Below are positions 1-13,990 of a stretch of 64,000 bases of DNA, piece after piece. Numbering within the stretch: the stretch's first letter is position 1; the number at the start of each line of letters is the position of its first letter. Below the pieces are notes generated by a model. That model made no database searches. It saw only the letters and a program-made list of their open reading frames with translations, and had not been told where the DNA came from. The position numbers and the translations under genes are program-made. The stretch is from Pseudomonadota bacterium (GTDB taxonomy: Bacteria > Pseudomonadota > Gammaproteobacteria > Burkholderiales > Burkholderiaceae_C): positions 135,496-199,495 of the forward strand of contig JAEWIF010000003.1 in the NCBI GenBank assembly GCA_023387335.1, in the 5' to 3' direction.

Positions 1-319
1 CGTCGTAGTAGGTCAGTCCGTGGACGTGAGCCAGGCGCAGGGTCTGGGATCGACGATGAGCGTCGGGCAGGTTGTCGAAGTCGATCGGGCAGGAGGCCAG
101 CAGCGACAAGCCGCCATCCAGCTCCGCCTGTTCCAGCCGCCGCCGTCGCATGGCGACCAGCAGGATGTTCGCGGTTTCCCAGAGCCAGAGCGCGGGGGCG
201 CAGAACTGACCGCTGCTGGCCATCACGTCGGCAAACAGCTGGTCCGAGACGCGGCTGCGCTCCTCCGGGATCACCCAGGGCGCCGCCGCCGAGGCGTCGA
301 TCACGATGGGCTTCAGCAC
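1..319 (-). CDS. vapC: PIN-domain (VapC-type) toxin, 3' end runs off the window
   Basis: Own translation from GTG at 319: VLKPIVIDASAAAPWVIPEE...LWETANIL...HGLTYYD. Carries the PIN acidic motifs (IDAS, WE, YD) and abuts the antitoxin stop. Not in the supplied ORF track. Confidence 0.9.
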   Translation of the reverse strand, partial: MLKPIVIDASAAAPWVIPEERSRVSDQLFADVMASSGQFCAPALWLWETANILLVAMRRRRLEQAELDGGLSLLASCPIDFDNLPDAHRRSQTLRLAHVHGLTYYD

Positions 320-320
320 G

Positions 321-590
321 TCAGCGCCGGCCTTCGTCGCGATAGGCCTTCCAGTCGCCCTTGCGGTACTCGGGATCCGGCTTGACCTTCGCCTGGAACG
401 CCTCCAGCCGGGCGATGGCCTCGCGGCGGATGCGCTCGCGCTCATCCTCGGAGGGGGAAGCTTCCGCCTCCCGGACGATGCGAGCGATCTTCCGGCCGTG
501 GCGCGTGATCACGATTTCCTCGCCCTCCTCCACTGCCTGCAGCAGGGCGGAGAAGCGATCCTTGGCTTGATGGACGGGGATGGTCTGCAT
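321..590 (-). CDS. Phd/YefM-family antitoxin
   Basis: MQTIPVHQAKDRFSALLQAVEEGEEIVITRHGRKIARIV is the Phd/YefM signature. ATG at 590 preferred over the ORF-track start at 629. Confidence 0.9.
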   Translation of the reverse strand: MQTIPVHQAKDRFSALLQAVEEGEEIVITRHGRKIARIVREAEASPSEDERERIRREAIARLEAFQAKVKPDPEYRKGDWKAYRDEGRR

Positions 591-591
591 A

Positions 592-660
592 TCTGGCCAG
601 AAGTCCTGGAGCAGGCCAGATTTTAGCAAGTCAGGCCAGCTTTTTCAATTCTGGCCAGAA
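592..660. promoter_or_regulatory. Putative TA operator array
   Basis: GGCCAG at 595, 614, 634 and 653. The outer copies are the palindromes TCTGGCCAGA (592-601) and TTCTGGCCAGAA (649-660), directly upstream of the antitoxin. Confidence 0.6.
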
Positions 661-663
661 TGA

Positions 664-2160
<1,497 letters not shown>

Positions 2161-2273
2161 TCAGCACCTTGGTACTAACCCCAGTGCATGGTCGGCCCCA
2201 AGTCGTGAAGCAGTGCGCGTGGCGTGGCTGCACAACGCTGTCCGATGGCTGAGTTGCGCCCTACACTGGCGCG

Positions 2274-2795
2274 ATGACCCCGTTCCGCGCCCTCACCCTC
2301 GCCTGCCTTCTGGCCGTTCCCGCGCTCGCCGGCGCGCAATGGATGTACCTCGACAAGGACGGCCGCAAGGTGTTCAGCGACAAGGCCCCGCCGCCCGAGA
2401 CGCCGCCCGGCAAGATCCTGCGCCAGCCCGGCATGAAGAAGCCGGCGGCCGACGCGGCCCAGGCCGACGCACCGGCCGCCGCCCCGGCACAAGCCGCCGC
2501 GGCCGCCGCCAGCGCGCCGAAGATCAGCGGCAAGGACACGGAACTGGAACAGCGCCGCAAGCAGGCCGAAGCCGCCGAGGCCGAGAAGAACAAGGCCCGC
2601 GCCGAGGAGCAGGCCAGGGTCCAGGCCGACAACTGCGCGCGCGCCAGGCAGATGAAGGCCACCTACGACTCGGGCCAGCGCATCGCGCGCACCAATGCCA
2701 AGGGGGAGCGCGAGATCCTCGACGACGCCCAGCGCGCTTCCGAGGTCAAGCGCGTCGACGGCATCATCGCCGCCGACTGCAAGACGGCTCAGTAA
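2274..2795 (+). CDS. DUF4124-like secreted protein
   Basis: Signal peptide followed by [18 protein letters not shown], a coiled coil and NCARAR. Confidence 0.75.
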   Translation: MTPFRALTLACLLAVPALAGAQWMYLDKDGRKVFSDKAPPPETPPGKILRQPGMKKPAADAAQADAPAAAPAQAAAAAASAPKISGKDTELEQRRKQAEAAEAEKNKARAEEQARVQADNCARARQMKATYDSGQRIARTNAKGEREILDDAQRASEVKRVDGIIAADCKTAQ

Positions 2796-3100
2796 CCCGG
2801 CTTGGCGCCCGGCCGGCGCCCCGCGAACAGGCCGGCCGCGCGGCTGCCCTGCTGCCGGAAGCGCTCCCGCCGGGCCACCTTCGGATCGACCTGCAAGGGC
2901 CTGACCAGCTCGACCCGGTCGCCCTCGCGCAGCGGCTGCGACAGCTCCGCGCGGCGACCCCAGATCCCCACCGTTTCGTCCGGCGCCGGCTCGACGCCGC
3001 AGCCGCGCAAGGCATCGGCCACCGTCGCGCCCTGGGGCAGGTTCAGCGGATGTTCGAGCACCCGGCGCGGACCGGGCGAATGGCAGACGACGACACGCAT
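2789..3100 (-). CDS. rnfH: RnfH/RatB ubiquitin-like protein
   Basis: GATVADAL...VGIWGR...[24 protein letters not shown], located after ratA. Confidence 0.9.
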   Translation of the reverse strand: MRVVVCHSPGPRRVLEHPLNLPQGATVADALRGCGVEPAPDETVGIWGRRAELSQPLREGDRVELVRPLQVDPKVARRERFRQQGSRAAGLFAGRRPGAKPGY

Positions 3101-3108
3101 GCGGTTCT

Positions 3109-3549
3109 TCAGCCGTACACCTGTTCGGCGCGCTTGACGAAGGCGTCCACCAGGCTGCCCGCGATGCGGTCGAACACCGGCCCCACGACGGCCGCCAGCG
3201 CGCCGCTCTTGAAGCTGTAAGTCAGGTCCAGTTCCACCTTGCAGGCGCGCTGGCCGTCGCTGCCTACCGGGATGAAGTTCCAGCGGCCGTCCAGGTTGGA
3301 GAAAGGCCCGTCGACCAGTTTCATCGCCACGCGGCGGCCGGCCACGTGCTCGTTGCGGGTGGTGAAGTTCTGGCGCACGCCCGCGAAAGAGATGCCGACC
3401 TCGGCCTTCATGCCGTGCGCGTCCTGCTCCAACACCTTCGCGTGGTCGCACCACGGCAGGAACTTGGGGTAATGGGCCACGTCGGTGACCAGGCGGAACA
3501 TCTCTTCCGCGCTGTACCAGATGAGCACGGAACGGTGGACGGTTTTCAT
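3109..3549 (-). CDS. ratA: RatA/PasT START-domain (Coq10-like) protein
   Basis: [23 protein letters not shown]...[10 protein letters not shown], divergent from smpB. Confidence 0.93.
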   Translation of the reverse strand: MKTVHRSVLIWYSAEEMFRLVTDVAHYPKFLPWCDHAKVLEQDAHGMKAEVGISFAGVRQNFTTRNEHVAGRRVAMKLVDGPFSNLDGRWNFIPVGSDGQRACKVELDLTYSFKSGALAAVVGPVFDRIAGSLVDAFVKRAEQVYG

Positions 3550-3614
3550 ACAGAATGCGGGACCCTGCGGGCCTGGGATTGTAGAGAGGCCCCGCGTCCC
3601 CCATCTGTCAGTCC

Positions 3615-4088
3615 ATGTCCACCAAGCAAGACGGCGCCACCCGGATCGCCGAGAACAAGAAAGCGGCCTACAACTACTTCTTCGAGGAGCGGTTCGAGGC
3701 CGGCATGGTGCTGCAAGGCTGGGAAGTGAAGGCCCTGCGCGAAGGCAAGGTGCAGCTCACCGACGGCTACGTGGTGATCAAGAACGGCGAGCTCTTCATC
3801 ATCGGCTGCCAGATCAATCCGCTGAAGACCGCCTCCACCCACGTCAACCCCGACAGCATCCGCTCGCGCAAGCTGCTCATGCACAAGGACGAGATCCGGC
3901 GCCTGATCGGCAAGGTCGAGCAGAAGGGCTACACGCTGGTGCCGATCAACCTGCACTGGAAAGGCGGCCGGGTGAAGTGCGAGGTCGCCCTGGCCAAGGG
4001 CAAGGCCGAGCACGACAAGCGCCATGTCATCAAGGACCGCGAAGGCAAGCGCGAGGTGGAGCGCGCCATGAAGTCCCACCACCGCTGA
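3615..4088 (+). CDS. smpB: SsrA-binding protein
   Basis: [39 protein letters not shown]. Confidence 0.98.
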   Translation: MSTKQDGATRIAENKKAAYNYFFEERFEAGMVLQGWEVKALREGKVQLTDGYVVIKNGELFIIGCQINPLKTASTHVNPDSIRSRKLLMHKDEIRRLIGKVEQKGYTLVPINLHWKGGRVKCEVALAKGKAEHDKRHVIKDREGKREVERAMKSHHR

Positions 4089-4108
4089 AGAAAAAGATCG
4101 GACCGGGC

Positions 4109-4134
4109 GGAATAAACCGGGCCGGCGGGGCGTT
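4109..4134 (+). promoter_or_regulatory. Putative ECF sigma promoter
   Basis: GGAATAAA (4109-4116) and CGTT (4131-4134) upstream of the lipoprotein/ECF/anti-sigma genes. Confidence 0.5.
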
Positions 4135-4166
4135 CATCCCTACAGGTTCAACCCCTGGAGAAGTCC

Positions 4167-4547
4167 ATGAAACTGCTCTCTCACTGGTCCCCCATCGTCC
4201 TGGCCACCGCCCTGCTCGGTTGCTCGACCGTCATGGCCAATGGCGCGCCCGCCAAGGAATCCGGCGGCGTGCTCGTCGGCGACAAGGGCATGACGCTCTA
4301 CACCTTCGACAAGGACGAGAAGGGCAGCGGCAAGTCGGTCTGCAACGGCCAGTGCGCCACCAACTGGCCGCCGCTGATGGCCGAAGCCTCCGCGAAGCCG
4401 ACCGGCGACTGGACCGTCGTCACCCGCGACGATGGCAAGAAGCAGTGGGCCTACAAGGGCCAGCCGCTCTACTACTGGATCAAGGACACCAAGGCCGGCG
4501 ACAAGACCGGCGAGAGCGTGCCCAACTGGAAACTCGCCAAGCCTTGA
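4167..4547 (+). CDS. COG4315-type secreted repeat lipoprotein (Y-X4-D motif)
   Basis: Lipobox LLGC, GMTLYTFDKD, CNGQCATNWPP, QWAYKGQPLYYW. Confidence 0.88.
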   Translation: MKLLSHWSPIVLATALLGCSTVMANGAPAKESGGVLVGDKGMTLYTFDKDEKGSGKSVCNGQCATNWPPLMAEASAKPTGDWTVVTRDDGKKQWAYKGQPLYYWIKDTKAGDKTGESVPNWKLAKP

Positions 4548-4596
4548 GCTCGCACGACGCGCGCCAAAAGGCGCGCGAAGCACTAATCTAAGCGCC

Positions 4597-5130
4597 GTGC
4601 ACACCGGCGAACTGGAAGCGCAGATTCCGCAGCTGCGGCGCTACGCGCGGGCCCTCACGGGCGACCGCTGGGCGGCCGACGACCTGGTGCAGGACACGCT
4701 GGAGCGGGCCTGCGGCCGCTGGAATCTCTGGCGCGCGGGCACCGACCTGCGGGCCTGGCTGTTCACCGTCATGCACAACCTGTTCATCGACGGCGCGCGC
4801 CGGACGGCCCGGCAGGGCGGCCCGCACGCCGACCTCGACCAGGTCGAGGCCGAGCCGTCGGTGGTCGACGGCTCGCCGGAACGGCTGCTCGACCTGCAGC
4901 GCTGCCTGATGCGGTTGCCCGAGGAGCAGCGCGAGGTCCTGTTGCTGGTCACGCTGCAGGACCTGAGCTACCAGGACGTGGCCCGCATCACCGGCGCACC
5001 GGTGGGCACGGTGATGTCGCGCCTGTCCCGCGCGCGCGGGCGGATGCGCGAACTGATGGAAGGCACGCCGCACCGGACCGCCGGGTCGGTCGTGCCGTTG
5101 AAGCGCGCGAAAGGAAATGTGGATCGATGA
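4597..5130 (+). CDS. ECF RNA polymerase sigma factor (PrtI/ECF26-like)
   Basis: LRRYARALTG...ADDLVQDTL...AWLFTVMHN; region 4 LSYQDVA...GTVMSRLSRAR. GTG start at 4597 inferred. Confidence 0.92.
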   Translation: MHTGELEAQIPQLRRYARALTGDRWAADDLVQDTLERACGRWNLWRAGTDLRAWLFTVMHNLFIDGARRTARQGGPHADLDQVEAEPSVVDGSPERLLDLQRCLMRLPEEQREVLLLVTLQDLSYQDVARITGAPVGTVMSRLSRARGRMRELMEGTPHRTAGSVVPLKRAKGNVDR

Positions 5131-5924
5131 ACCAGGACGACGAGGCCCGGTTGCACGCCCTGGTCGATGGGCGGCTGGACCCGCGAGAGGAGCAGGAGGC
5201 GATCAATCGGCTGGCGCAAGACCCGGCCGCGGAGACGCTCGTGCGTGAATGGAAGGAGCAGCGCGACGCCCTGCTCGGCCTGCATCGGCAGGTGCTGGAC
5301 GAGCCGGTGCCCAGCCACCTGGCGCGCGCCGCGCGCGAAGTCGGGCGCAAGGGCCGCCGGCTGGACAGCTGGCATCGCTGGGGCGGCCTGGCGGCATCGA
5401 TCGCGATAGCGTTCGTGCTGGGCTGGTTCGCCAACCAGCAATGGGGCGGTGCCGGTCCGGAGCGGCTGGCGCGGGCGCGCCCTCTTTCCGATTTCGGCCG
5501 GCAGGCCGTGCTGGCGCACGCGGTGTATTCGCCGGAAGTGCGGCATCCGGTGGAAGTGCCGGCGGCGCAGCAGGACCATCTGGTGCAGTGGCTCTCCAAG
5601 CGGCTCGGCCGGCCGCTGAAGGTGCCCGACCTCACGACTCAGGGCTACGAACTGGTGGGCGGCCGCCTGTTGCCGGGCGCCCAGGGCGCGCGGGCACAGT
5701 TCATGTACCAGAACGCGCGGGCCGAGCGCATCACGCTGTACGTCGGCGCGGTCGATCCGGCCGCGGCCGCCGGCGGCACCGGCGAGACCGCGTTCCGGTT
5801 CACCACGCAGGAAGGCACGTCCAGCTTCTACTGGGTGGACCAGGGGTTCGGCTATGCCTTGGCCGGCCGCCTGGGCCGGCCGGAGTTGCAGGCGCTCGCG
5901 CTGACCGTCTACCGCCAACTCTGA
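5127..5924 (+). CDS. Transmembrane anti-sigma factor (PrtR-like)
   Basis: LHALVDGRL N-terminus, one TM helix, HPVEV...HLVQWLSKRLG...GGRLLP; overlaps the sigma stop. Confidence 0.9.
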   Translation: MNQDDEARLHALVDGRLDPREEQEAINRLAQDPAAETLVREWKEQRDALLGLHRQVLDEPVPSHLARAAREVGRKGRRLDSWHRWGGLAASIAIAFVLGWFANQQWGGAGPERLARARPLSDFGRQAVLAHAVYSPEVRHPVEVPAAQQDHLVQWLSKRLGRPLKVPDLTTQGYELVGGRLLPGAQGARAQFMYQNARAERITLYVGAVDPAAAAGGTGETAFRFTTQEGTSSFYWVDQGFGYALAGRLGRPELQALALTVYRQL

Positions 5925-5934
5925 GCGGGCGCCT

Positions 5935-6996
5935 TCAGTCGAGCGAACGCAGCGGGTGCGCGTGCACGGGCCAGGGACTGCGGAAGAACGGCTCGACCAT
6001 CTCCGGCGTCACGTCCTCGATGCGCGCCGGATTCCAGCGCGGCGCATGGTCCTTGTCGACCGCCAGCGCGCGCACGCCTTCCATGGTTTCGCCGGCCGTG
6101 CCCGGCCGCAGGTGGAAGCAGTGGCGCACCATGTCGCGCTCCATCCGCAGGTCGTCGGCCAGGCCCATGCCGCGCGCGCGGCGCACCTGCTCCAGCGTGA
6201 CGTGCAGCATCAGCGGCGAGCGTTTGCGCAGCGCAGCCGCGGTGTGGCGGCTCCATTCCGAATCCGAACCTTCGAGCGCGGCGACGATCTCGCGCACCGT
6301 GTCCAGAGCGAACACGCGGTCGATCTCGTTGCGGTGGTCGGCCAGCTTCGAGCCCTCCACGCGCTGGGGCGTGGGCACCGCGGCGGCGCCTTCGGCCGCC
6401 AGGCGATCCCACAGCGCCGGCAGTTCGGACGAGGCGACAGCCACGTCCGCCAGGCGTGCGTCCACCGCGTCGGCCGCCGTGAGGATCTCGCCCGTGAGCG
6501 CCAGGTACTCGCCCAGCCGGCCCGGGCAGCGCGACAGGAAATGGCCGCCACCGACGTCCGGGAACAGGCCGATGTGGGTCTCCGGCATCGCCAGCTTGCT
6601 GCGCTCGGTGACGATGCGGCAGCGCGCGCCCTGGGTGATGCCCATGCCGCCGCCCAGCACGAGGCCGTCCATGAAGGCCACGTAGGGCTTGGGATAGCGG
6701 TGCACCAGGTGGTTGAGCGTGTATTCCTCGGTGAAGAAGTCCTCCAGCCGCGGATCGCCGGACAGGACGGCGGCGTGGAAGAAGCGGATGTCGCCGCCCG
6801 CGCTGAAGGCGCCGAACGGGCCTTCCTTGCCCATGCCGCGGATCGTCACCACCTCCACGCCCGGATCGTCGCGCCAGGCCAGCAGCGCGGCCGTGAGCTC
6901 GCGCAGCATGTCCAGCGACAGCGCGTTCAGCGCCTTGGGACGGTTCAGGGTGATCCGGCCTGCCTTGCCAACCACTTCCGCGATGACTTCGCTCAT
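5935..6996 (-). CDS. Enoyl-CoA hydratase/3-hydroxyisobutyryl-CoA hydrolase family
   Basis: ITLNRPKALNAL, FSAGGDI, VLGGGMG, MPETHIGLFPDVGG, EGVRA. Confidence 0.92.
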   Translation of the reverse strand: MSEVIAEVVGKAGRITLNRPKALNALSLDMLRELTAALLAWRDDPGVEVVTIRGMGKEGPFGAFSAGGDIRFFHAAVLSGDPRLEDFFTEEYTLNHLVHRYPKPYVAFMDGLVLGGGMGITQGARCRIVTERSKLAMPETHIGLFPDVGGGHFLSRCPGRLGEYLALTGEILTAADAVDARLADVAVASSELPALWDRLAAEGAAAVPTPQRVEGSKLADHRNEIDRVFALDTVREIVAALEGSDSEWSRHTAAALRKRSPLMLHVTLEQVRRARGMGLADDLRMERDMVRHCFHLRPGTAGETMEGVRALAVDKDHAPRWNPARIEDVTPEMVEPFFRSPWPVHAHPLRSLD

Positions 6997-7865
6997 GCTC
7001 TCTGTTTCCAACCTACCAGTTCGTTCATCACCAGCGCGCCGATCACCAGCGCGCCGCCGGCCAGCACCGTCTGCGTGGGCACCTCGTCGGCGCCGAGCCA
7101 GGCCAGCAGGATTCCGAAGATCACCTCCAGCAACGCCAGCAGCGCGATCTCCGGCGCCTTGAGCACGCGGGCGCAGACCACCGACAGCGCGCACGGGATC
7201 GCCAGCTGCACCAGCCCCAGCAGCGCCAGCAAGGCGATGTCATGGCCGGACGCCGCGAACGGCATCGCCAGCGGCAGCGTGGCCAAGGAGGAGATCACGG
7301 CGCCGACCAGCACGGCCGGCACCAGGTCGACATCGCTGCCCTGCGCGTGGGCGCGCTGGGTGACGGTCCAGTTCACCGCGCCCGCCAGCGGCACGCACAG
7401 AGCCACCAGCGTGCCCGCGAGCTGCCCGCCCGAGACCTGCGCGCCGTACATGTAGGCGATGCCCGCGCCGGCGACGAGGATGGCCGCCCAGGTGCGCCCC
7501 GGGATGCGGTGGCCGATGAAGAGGCGCGCGATCAGGGCCGTCAGGAAGGGACCCACCGCCATCGTCACCAGCACGTTGGCCACGCTGGTCAGCGTGAGCG
7601 CCACCATGAAGGCGGTGAACATCACGCTCCAGCACAGGCCCGACAGCCACAGCGCCGGCCCGCCCCTGCGGACCTTGGCGAACACCGCCCGCCCCTGGAA
7701 GAACGGCAGGATCACCAGCAGGGACAGCACGGTGAAGAAGCTGCGCCAGAAGGTGACTTCGAAGCTGCGCGCGTGCTCCAGGTGGCGGGTGATGACGCCG
7801 GCGATGGACCACATCAGGGTCACCGCCACCATCAAAACGACCGCCCGGGGATGGGAAAGTCTCAT
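6993..7865 (-). CDS. DMT/EamA-family transporter
   Basis: About 10 hydrophobic helices in a duplicated EamA pattern. Confidence 0.85.
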   Translation of the reverse strand: MRLSHPRAVVLMVAVTLMWSIAGVITRHLEHARSFEVTFWRSFFTVLSLLVILPFFQGRAVFAKVRRGGPALWLSGLCWSVMFTAFMVALTLTSVANVLVTMAVGPFLTALIARLFIGHRIPGRTWAAILVAGAGIAYMYGAQVSGGQLAGTLVALCVPLAGAVNWTVTQRAHAQGSDVDLVPAVLVGAVISSLATLPLAMPFAASGHDIALLALLGLVQLAIPCALSVVCARVLKAPEIALLALLEVIFGILLAWLGADEVPTQTVLAGGALVIGALVMNELVGWKQRA

Positions 7866-7907
7866 CGTTGTTCTACCCGCGCCCGCGGCGCGGGCGAACA
7901 CGCGATG

Positions 7908-9736
<1,829 letters not shown>

Positions 9737-9740
<4 letters not shown>

Positions 9741-10702
9741 GATGTCGTGATCGCGGTTCGCGATTGCAGGATTTGCTGGATTTCGATCGGGCTCAGCAGA
9801 CGCCCGGGAATGAGTTCTCCGGCCCGCGCGTGGGCGGTGCCGAGCAAGGTGTGCGGCTGGTCGCCGAACACGGCGACCGACGGCATGTCCGGCCAGGTGC
9901 CGCGCCGGCGCAGGCCGGACAGGAAGCGCCCGGCATCTTCGGCGCCCAGCGTGACACGCGCGTGGCCCTCGAGCAGGGCTTCGGGCGGCAGCAGGGCCGC
10001 CTCGCGCTGCGCCTCGTCCATCTCGGCCAACGCCTCGAGGGTGACGCAATGGGACACGTCGAACGGACCGGTGGCGGTGCGCCGCAGGAACGACAGGTGC
10101 GCGCCGCAGCCCAGCGCCTCGCCGAGGTCCTCGCCCAGCGTGCGGATGTAGGTGCCCTTGCTCACGCGCGCGGTGAAGCGCAGCGCGGGCCGGCCGGCGT
10201 CCTCGGCCAGGGCGATCGAGAGCTCGTGCACGACGACGTCGCGCGCCTCGCGCTCGACCTCCTGGCCAGCACGGGCGTACTCGTAGAGCGCCTTGCCGTC
10301 CTTCTTGAGCGCGCTGTGCATCGGCGGCACCTGGCGCAGCGGGCCGGTGAACCGGCGCCGCAGGGTTTCCAGGCCTTCCGGCGCGATGGCGGGCACCTCA
10401 CGGCGCTCGATGACCTCGCCCTCGGCGTCGCCGGTGCTGGTCTTCTCGCCGAGCACGGCCACGGCCTCGTAGGTCTTGTCCGCGTCCAGGTGCAGCTGGC
10501 TGAACTTGGTGGCGGCGCCGAAGCACAGCGGCAGCACGCCGGTGGCGAGCGGGTCCAGCGTGCCGGTGTGGCCCGCCTTTTCCGCCCGCAGCAGCCATTT
10601 GGCCTTCTGCAAGGCGTCGTTGCTGGACAAACCCCTGGGCTTGTCCAGCAGCAGCACCCCGTGCACGGGGCGCCTCACGACCCGTGCTCGTGGTGCGCTC
10701 AT
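9737..10702 (-). CDS. truB: tRNA pseudouridine(55) synthase
   Basis: [33 protein letters not shown]. Confidence 0.98.
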
Positions 10703-10705
10703 CGT

Positions 10706-11077
10706 CTACTGGTCGGAGTCTTTGGAACGCGACGCGACCGCGCGGGCGATCAGCGCGTTCATGTCGGACGCACGCTCGGTGGTGCGGTCGAACTGGAAGT
10801 GCAGCGTCGGTACGGTGTGGATGTGCAGGCGCTTGAACAGGCCGTTGCGCAGGAACCCGGCGGCGTGGTTGAGCGCCTCCTCGCATTCCTGCGGGTCGCC
10901 CACCAGCACGCTGAAGAACACCTTGGCATGCGCGTAGTCGGGCGTGACCTCGACCGCGTTGATCGTGACCATGCCCAGCCGCGGATCCTTGATCTCGCGG
11001 ATCAGCTCGGCCAGGTCGCGCTGGACCTGGTCGGCGACCTGGTAGTTGCGGTTGGGTTTGGCGGACTTCTTCGGCAT
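10706..11077 (-). CDS. rbfA: Ribosome-binding factor A
   Basis: [16 protein letters not shown]...VPTLHFQFD, between infB and truB. Confidence 0.97.
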   Translation of the reverse strand: MPKKSAKPNRNYQVADQVQRDLAELIREIKDPRLGMVTINAVEVTPDYAHAKVFFSVLVGDPQECEEALNHAAGFLRNGLFKRLHIHTVPTLHFQFDRTTERASDMNALIARAVASRSKDSDQ

Positions 11078-11117
11078 CGGAGAGACAGGGACCGCGCGCG
11101 GCGGTCCCCGGTTCCCT

Positions 11118-13967
11118 TTACAACGTGCGGGCGACTTCCTTGATCTCGAAGAACTCGAGCTGGTCGCCTTCCTTGATGTCGTTGTAGTTCTTCAGCTTGA
11201 TACCGCACTCGAAGCCTTCCTTGACCTCGCGCACGTCGTCCTTCATCCGCTTCACCGACTCGACCTCGCCCGTGTAGATCACGACGTTGTCGCGCAGCAG
11301 GCGGAAGTGCGCGCTGCGGGTGACCATGCCCGACGTGATGTACGAGCCGGCCACCGTGCCGATCTTGGACGCCACGAAGACGGTGCGGATCTCGGCCGAG
11401 CCGATGACCTCTTCCCGCTTCTCCGGCGCCAGCATCCCGGACATGGCCGTCTTCAGCTCGTCCACCGCGTCGTAGATGATGCTGTAGTAGCGCAGGTCGA
11501 CGTCGTTGCCCTCGGCCAGCTTGCGCGCACCGGAATCGGCGCGCACGTTGAAGCCGATGATCACCGCCTTGGAGGCGATGGCCAGGTTCACGTCCGACTC
11601 GCTGATGCCGCCCACGGCCGCGTAGACCAGCTGCACCTTGACCTCGTCGGTCGACAGCTTGAGCAGCGACTGCGACAGCGCTTCCTGCGAGCCCTGCACG
11701 TCGGCCTTGACGATGATGGGCAGCGTCTTGACCTCGCCCGCCGTCATGTCGGAGAACATGTTCTCCAGCTTGGCGGCCTGCTGCTTGGCCAGCTTGGTGT
11801 TGCGGAACTTGCCGGCGCGGTAGGTCGCGATCTCGCGGGCACGGCGCTCGTCGGTGAGCACCATGAACTCGTCGCCCGCCTGAGGCACCTCGGTCAGGCC
11901 CTGGATCTCCACCGGGATCGACGGGCCGGCCGCCTTGATGGTCTTGCCGTTCTCGTCGAGCATGGCTCGCACGCGGCCGAAGGTCTGGCCGGCCAGCACC
12001 ACGTCGCCCACCTTCAGCGTGCCCGACTGCACCAGCACCGTGGCCACCGGGCCGCGGCCCTTGTCCAGCTGCGCTTCGATGACCAGGCCCTTGGCCGCGG
12101 CGTCCACCGGCGCCTTGAGCTCCAGCACTTCGGCCTGCAGCAGCACCTGCTCGAGCAGGTCGTCGACGCCCTGGCCGGTGATGGCCGAGACGCTGACGAA
12201 CGGCGATTCGCCGCCGTATTCCTCGGGCACCACTTCCTCGGCCACCAGTTCCTGCTTGACGCGGTCCGGGTTGGCGCTGGGCTTGTCGATCTTGTTGACC
12301 GCCACCACGATGGGGACGCCCGCCGCCTTGGCGTGCTTGACCGCCTCCTTGGTCTGCGGCATCACGCCGTCGTCGGCCGCCACCACCAGGATGACGATGT
12401 CGGTCGCCTGGGCGCCGCGGGCACGCATGGCGGTGAACGCCTCGTGGCCCGGGGTGTCCAGGAACGAGATGACGCCGCGCGGCGTTTCCACGTGGTACGC
12501 GCCGATGTGCTGGGTGATGCCGCCGGCTTCGCCCGCCGCCACCTTGGCGCGGCGGATGTAGTCCAGCAGCGAGGTCTTGCCGTGGTCGACGTGGCCCATG
12601 ACGGTGACGACCGGCGCGCGCGGCAGGGCTTCGGCCTCCTGCTGCGACACCTCTTCCTCGGTGAACGCCTCGGGATCGTCCAGGGCGGCCGTGACCGCCT
12701 TGTGGCCCATTTCCTCGACCACGATCATGGCCGTGTCCTGGTCCAGCGGCTGGTTGATGGTGACCATCTGGCCCATCTTCATCAGCGCCTTGATCACTTC
12801 GGAGGCCTTCACGGCCATCTTGTGCGCGAGCTCGGCGACCGTGATGGTCTCGGGCACGTGCACTTCGATCACGCGCTGCTCGACCACGGCCTGCTGCATG
12901 TCGCCACGCTGGTCGCGGTCGCTGCCGCGACGGCCACGCGGGCCTCCGCGCCAGCTGTTGCGGCCGACGCCGCCCGAGGCGTCGCCACGGGTCGGGATGG
13001 CCTTCTTCTTGGCCGGATCGGCGGCCCAGCTGGAGGACAGCTTGGCCGACTTGACTTCCTTGCCCGCGCCCGGGCCGGCAGGCGCCGCGCCGGGGGCGCG
13101 CGCCGTGACGGCAGGCTTGTGCAGCGTGCCCTTGGCGGCCGGCTTGCCGGCTTCGCCGGGCTTGGCGACCGGCTTGGCTTCTTCCGGCTTCTTGGCGACC
13201 AGCACCTTCTTGGGCGCCGCCATCATGGCGCGGATGGCTTCCGCCTCGGCCAGGGCCTTGCGGCGGCGCTCTTCCAGGTCCTTGGCGCGCGCGGCTTCCT
13301 CGTCGGCACGGGCCTTGGACTCGGCTTCGGCGCGCGCGCGGGCTTCCGCCGCGGCGGCATTGCGCGCGGCGGTGGCGGCGGCCTGTTCGGCGCTGGCTTC
13401 GGCCTGGGCCGTGGCGGCGGCGAGCTTCTTCTGCTCTTCGTTGGCCGCGTAGGCGGCGGCGCGCTCCTCGGCCTCGCGCTCCTTGCGCTCCTGCTCCTCG
13501 CGCTGGCGGCGCTTCTCGGCCAGGTCTTCCTCCTGGCGGCGGATCAGTTCGGCCTGGCGGCGGGCTTCTTCCTCGCGGCGGACCAGCTCGGCGTCATCCT
13601 GGCGCGCGGCGGCCGGCTCGCGCAGCTCGGGCTCGGGCGCTTCCACGACGGCGGTGTCGCCGCCCTCTTCGCGCTTGACGAAGGTGCGCTTCTTGCGCAC
13701 TTCCACCTGGATGGTGCGCGCCTTGCCGCTGGCGTCGGCCTGCTTGATCTCGCTGGTGGATTTCTTGACCAGGGTGATCTTCTTGCGCTCGGGCGAGGCC
13801 GTGCCGTGGCTGGCCTGCAGGAAGCCGAGCAGCTTCTGCTTGTCTGCTTCGGACAGCGCGTCGGTCGGCGCGGACTTGGCCACGCCGGCGCTGCGCAGCT
13901 GTTCAAGCAGCGTCTGGGGTGATTTCTTGAGCTCGCTGGCGAACTCGGCGACGGTGGTACTGGACAT
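11118..13967 (-). CDS. infB: Translation initiation factor IF-2
   Basis: [38 protein letters not shown]. Confidence 0.99.
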   Translation of the reverse strand: MSSTTVAEFASELKKSPQTLLEQLRSAGVAKSAPTDALSEADKQKLLGFLQASHGTASPERKKITLVKKSTSEIKQADASGKARTIQVEVRKKRTFVKREEGGDTAVVEAPEPELREPAAARQDDAELVRREEEARRQAELIRRQEEDLAEKRRQREEQERKEREAEERAAAYAANEEQKKLAAATAQAEASAEQAAATAARNAAAAEARARAEAESKARADEEAARAKDLEERRRKALAEAEAIRAMMAAPKKVLVAKKPEEAKPVAKPGEAGKPAAKGTLHKPAVTARAPGAAPAGPGAGKEVKSAKLSSSWAADPAKKKAIPTRGDASGGVGRNSWRGGPRGRRGSDRDQRGDMQQAVVEQRVIEVHVPETITVAELAHKMAVKASEVIKALMKMGQMVTINQPLDQDTAMIVVEEMGHKAVTAALDDPEAFTEEEVSQQEAEALPRAPVVTVMGHVDHGKTSLLDYIRRAKVAAGEAGGITQHIGAYHVETPRGVISFLDTPGHEAFTAMRARGAQATDIVILVVAADDGVMPQTKEAVKHAKAAGVPIVVAVNKIDKPSANPDRVKQELVAEEVVPEEYGGESPFVSVSAITGQGVDDLLEQVLLQAEVLELKAPVDAAAKGLVIEAQLDKGRGPVATVLVQSGTLKVGDVVLAGQTFGRVRAMLDENGKTIKAAGPSIPVEIQGLTEVPQAGDEFMVLTDERRAREIATYRAGKFRNTKLAKQQAAKLENMFSDMTAGEVKTLPIIVKADVQGSQEALSQSLLKLSTDEVKVQLVYAAVGGISESDVNLAIASKAVIIGFNVRADSGARKLAEGNDVDLRYYSIIYDAVDELKTAMSGMLAPEKREEVIGSAEIRTVFVASKIGTVAGSYITSGMVTRSAHFRLLRDNVVIYTGEVESVKRMKDDVREVKEGFECGIKLKNYNDIKEGDQLEFFEIKEVARTL

Positions 13968-13990
13968 ATGTTCTGGGACCCTCCATCACG

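Noticed and set aside
2789..3549. ratA-rnfH as a second toxin-antitoxin system
   Set aside because: This is a conserved housekeeping pair opposite smpB. RatA is a Coq10-like protein, so it is neither novel nor a reliable TA call.
4089..4166. tmRNA or an integrated element after smpB
   Set aside because: The gap is only 78 bp, with no ssrA-like ends and no integrase.
11088..11108. GGGACCGC...GCGGTCCC hairpin between infB and rbfA as a REP or terminator
   Set aside because: It is a single copy with no clear U-tract, most likely an ordinary intra-operon mRNA hairpin.
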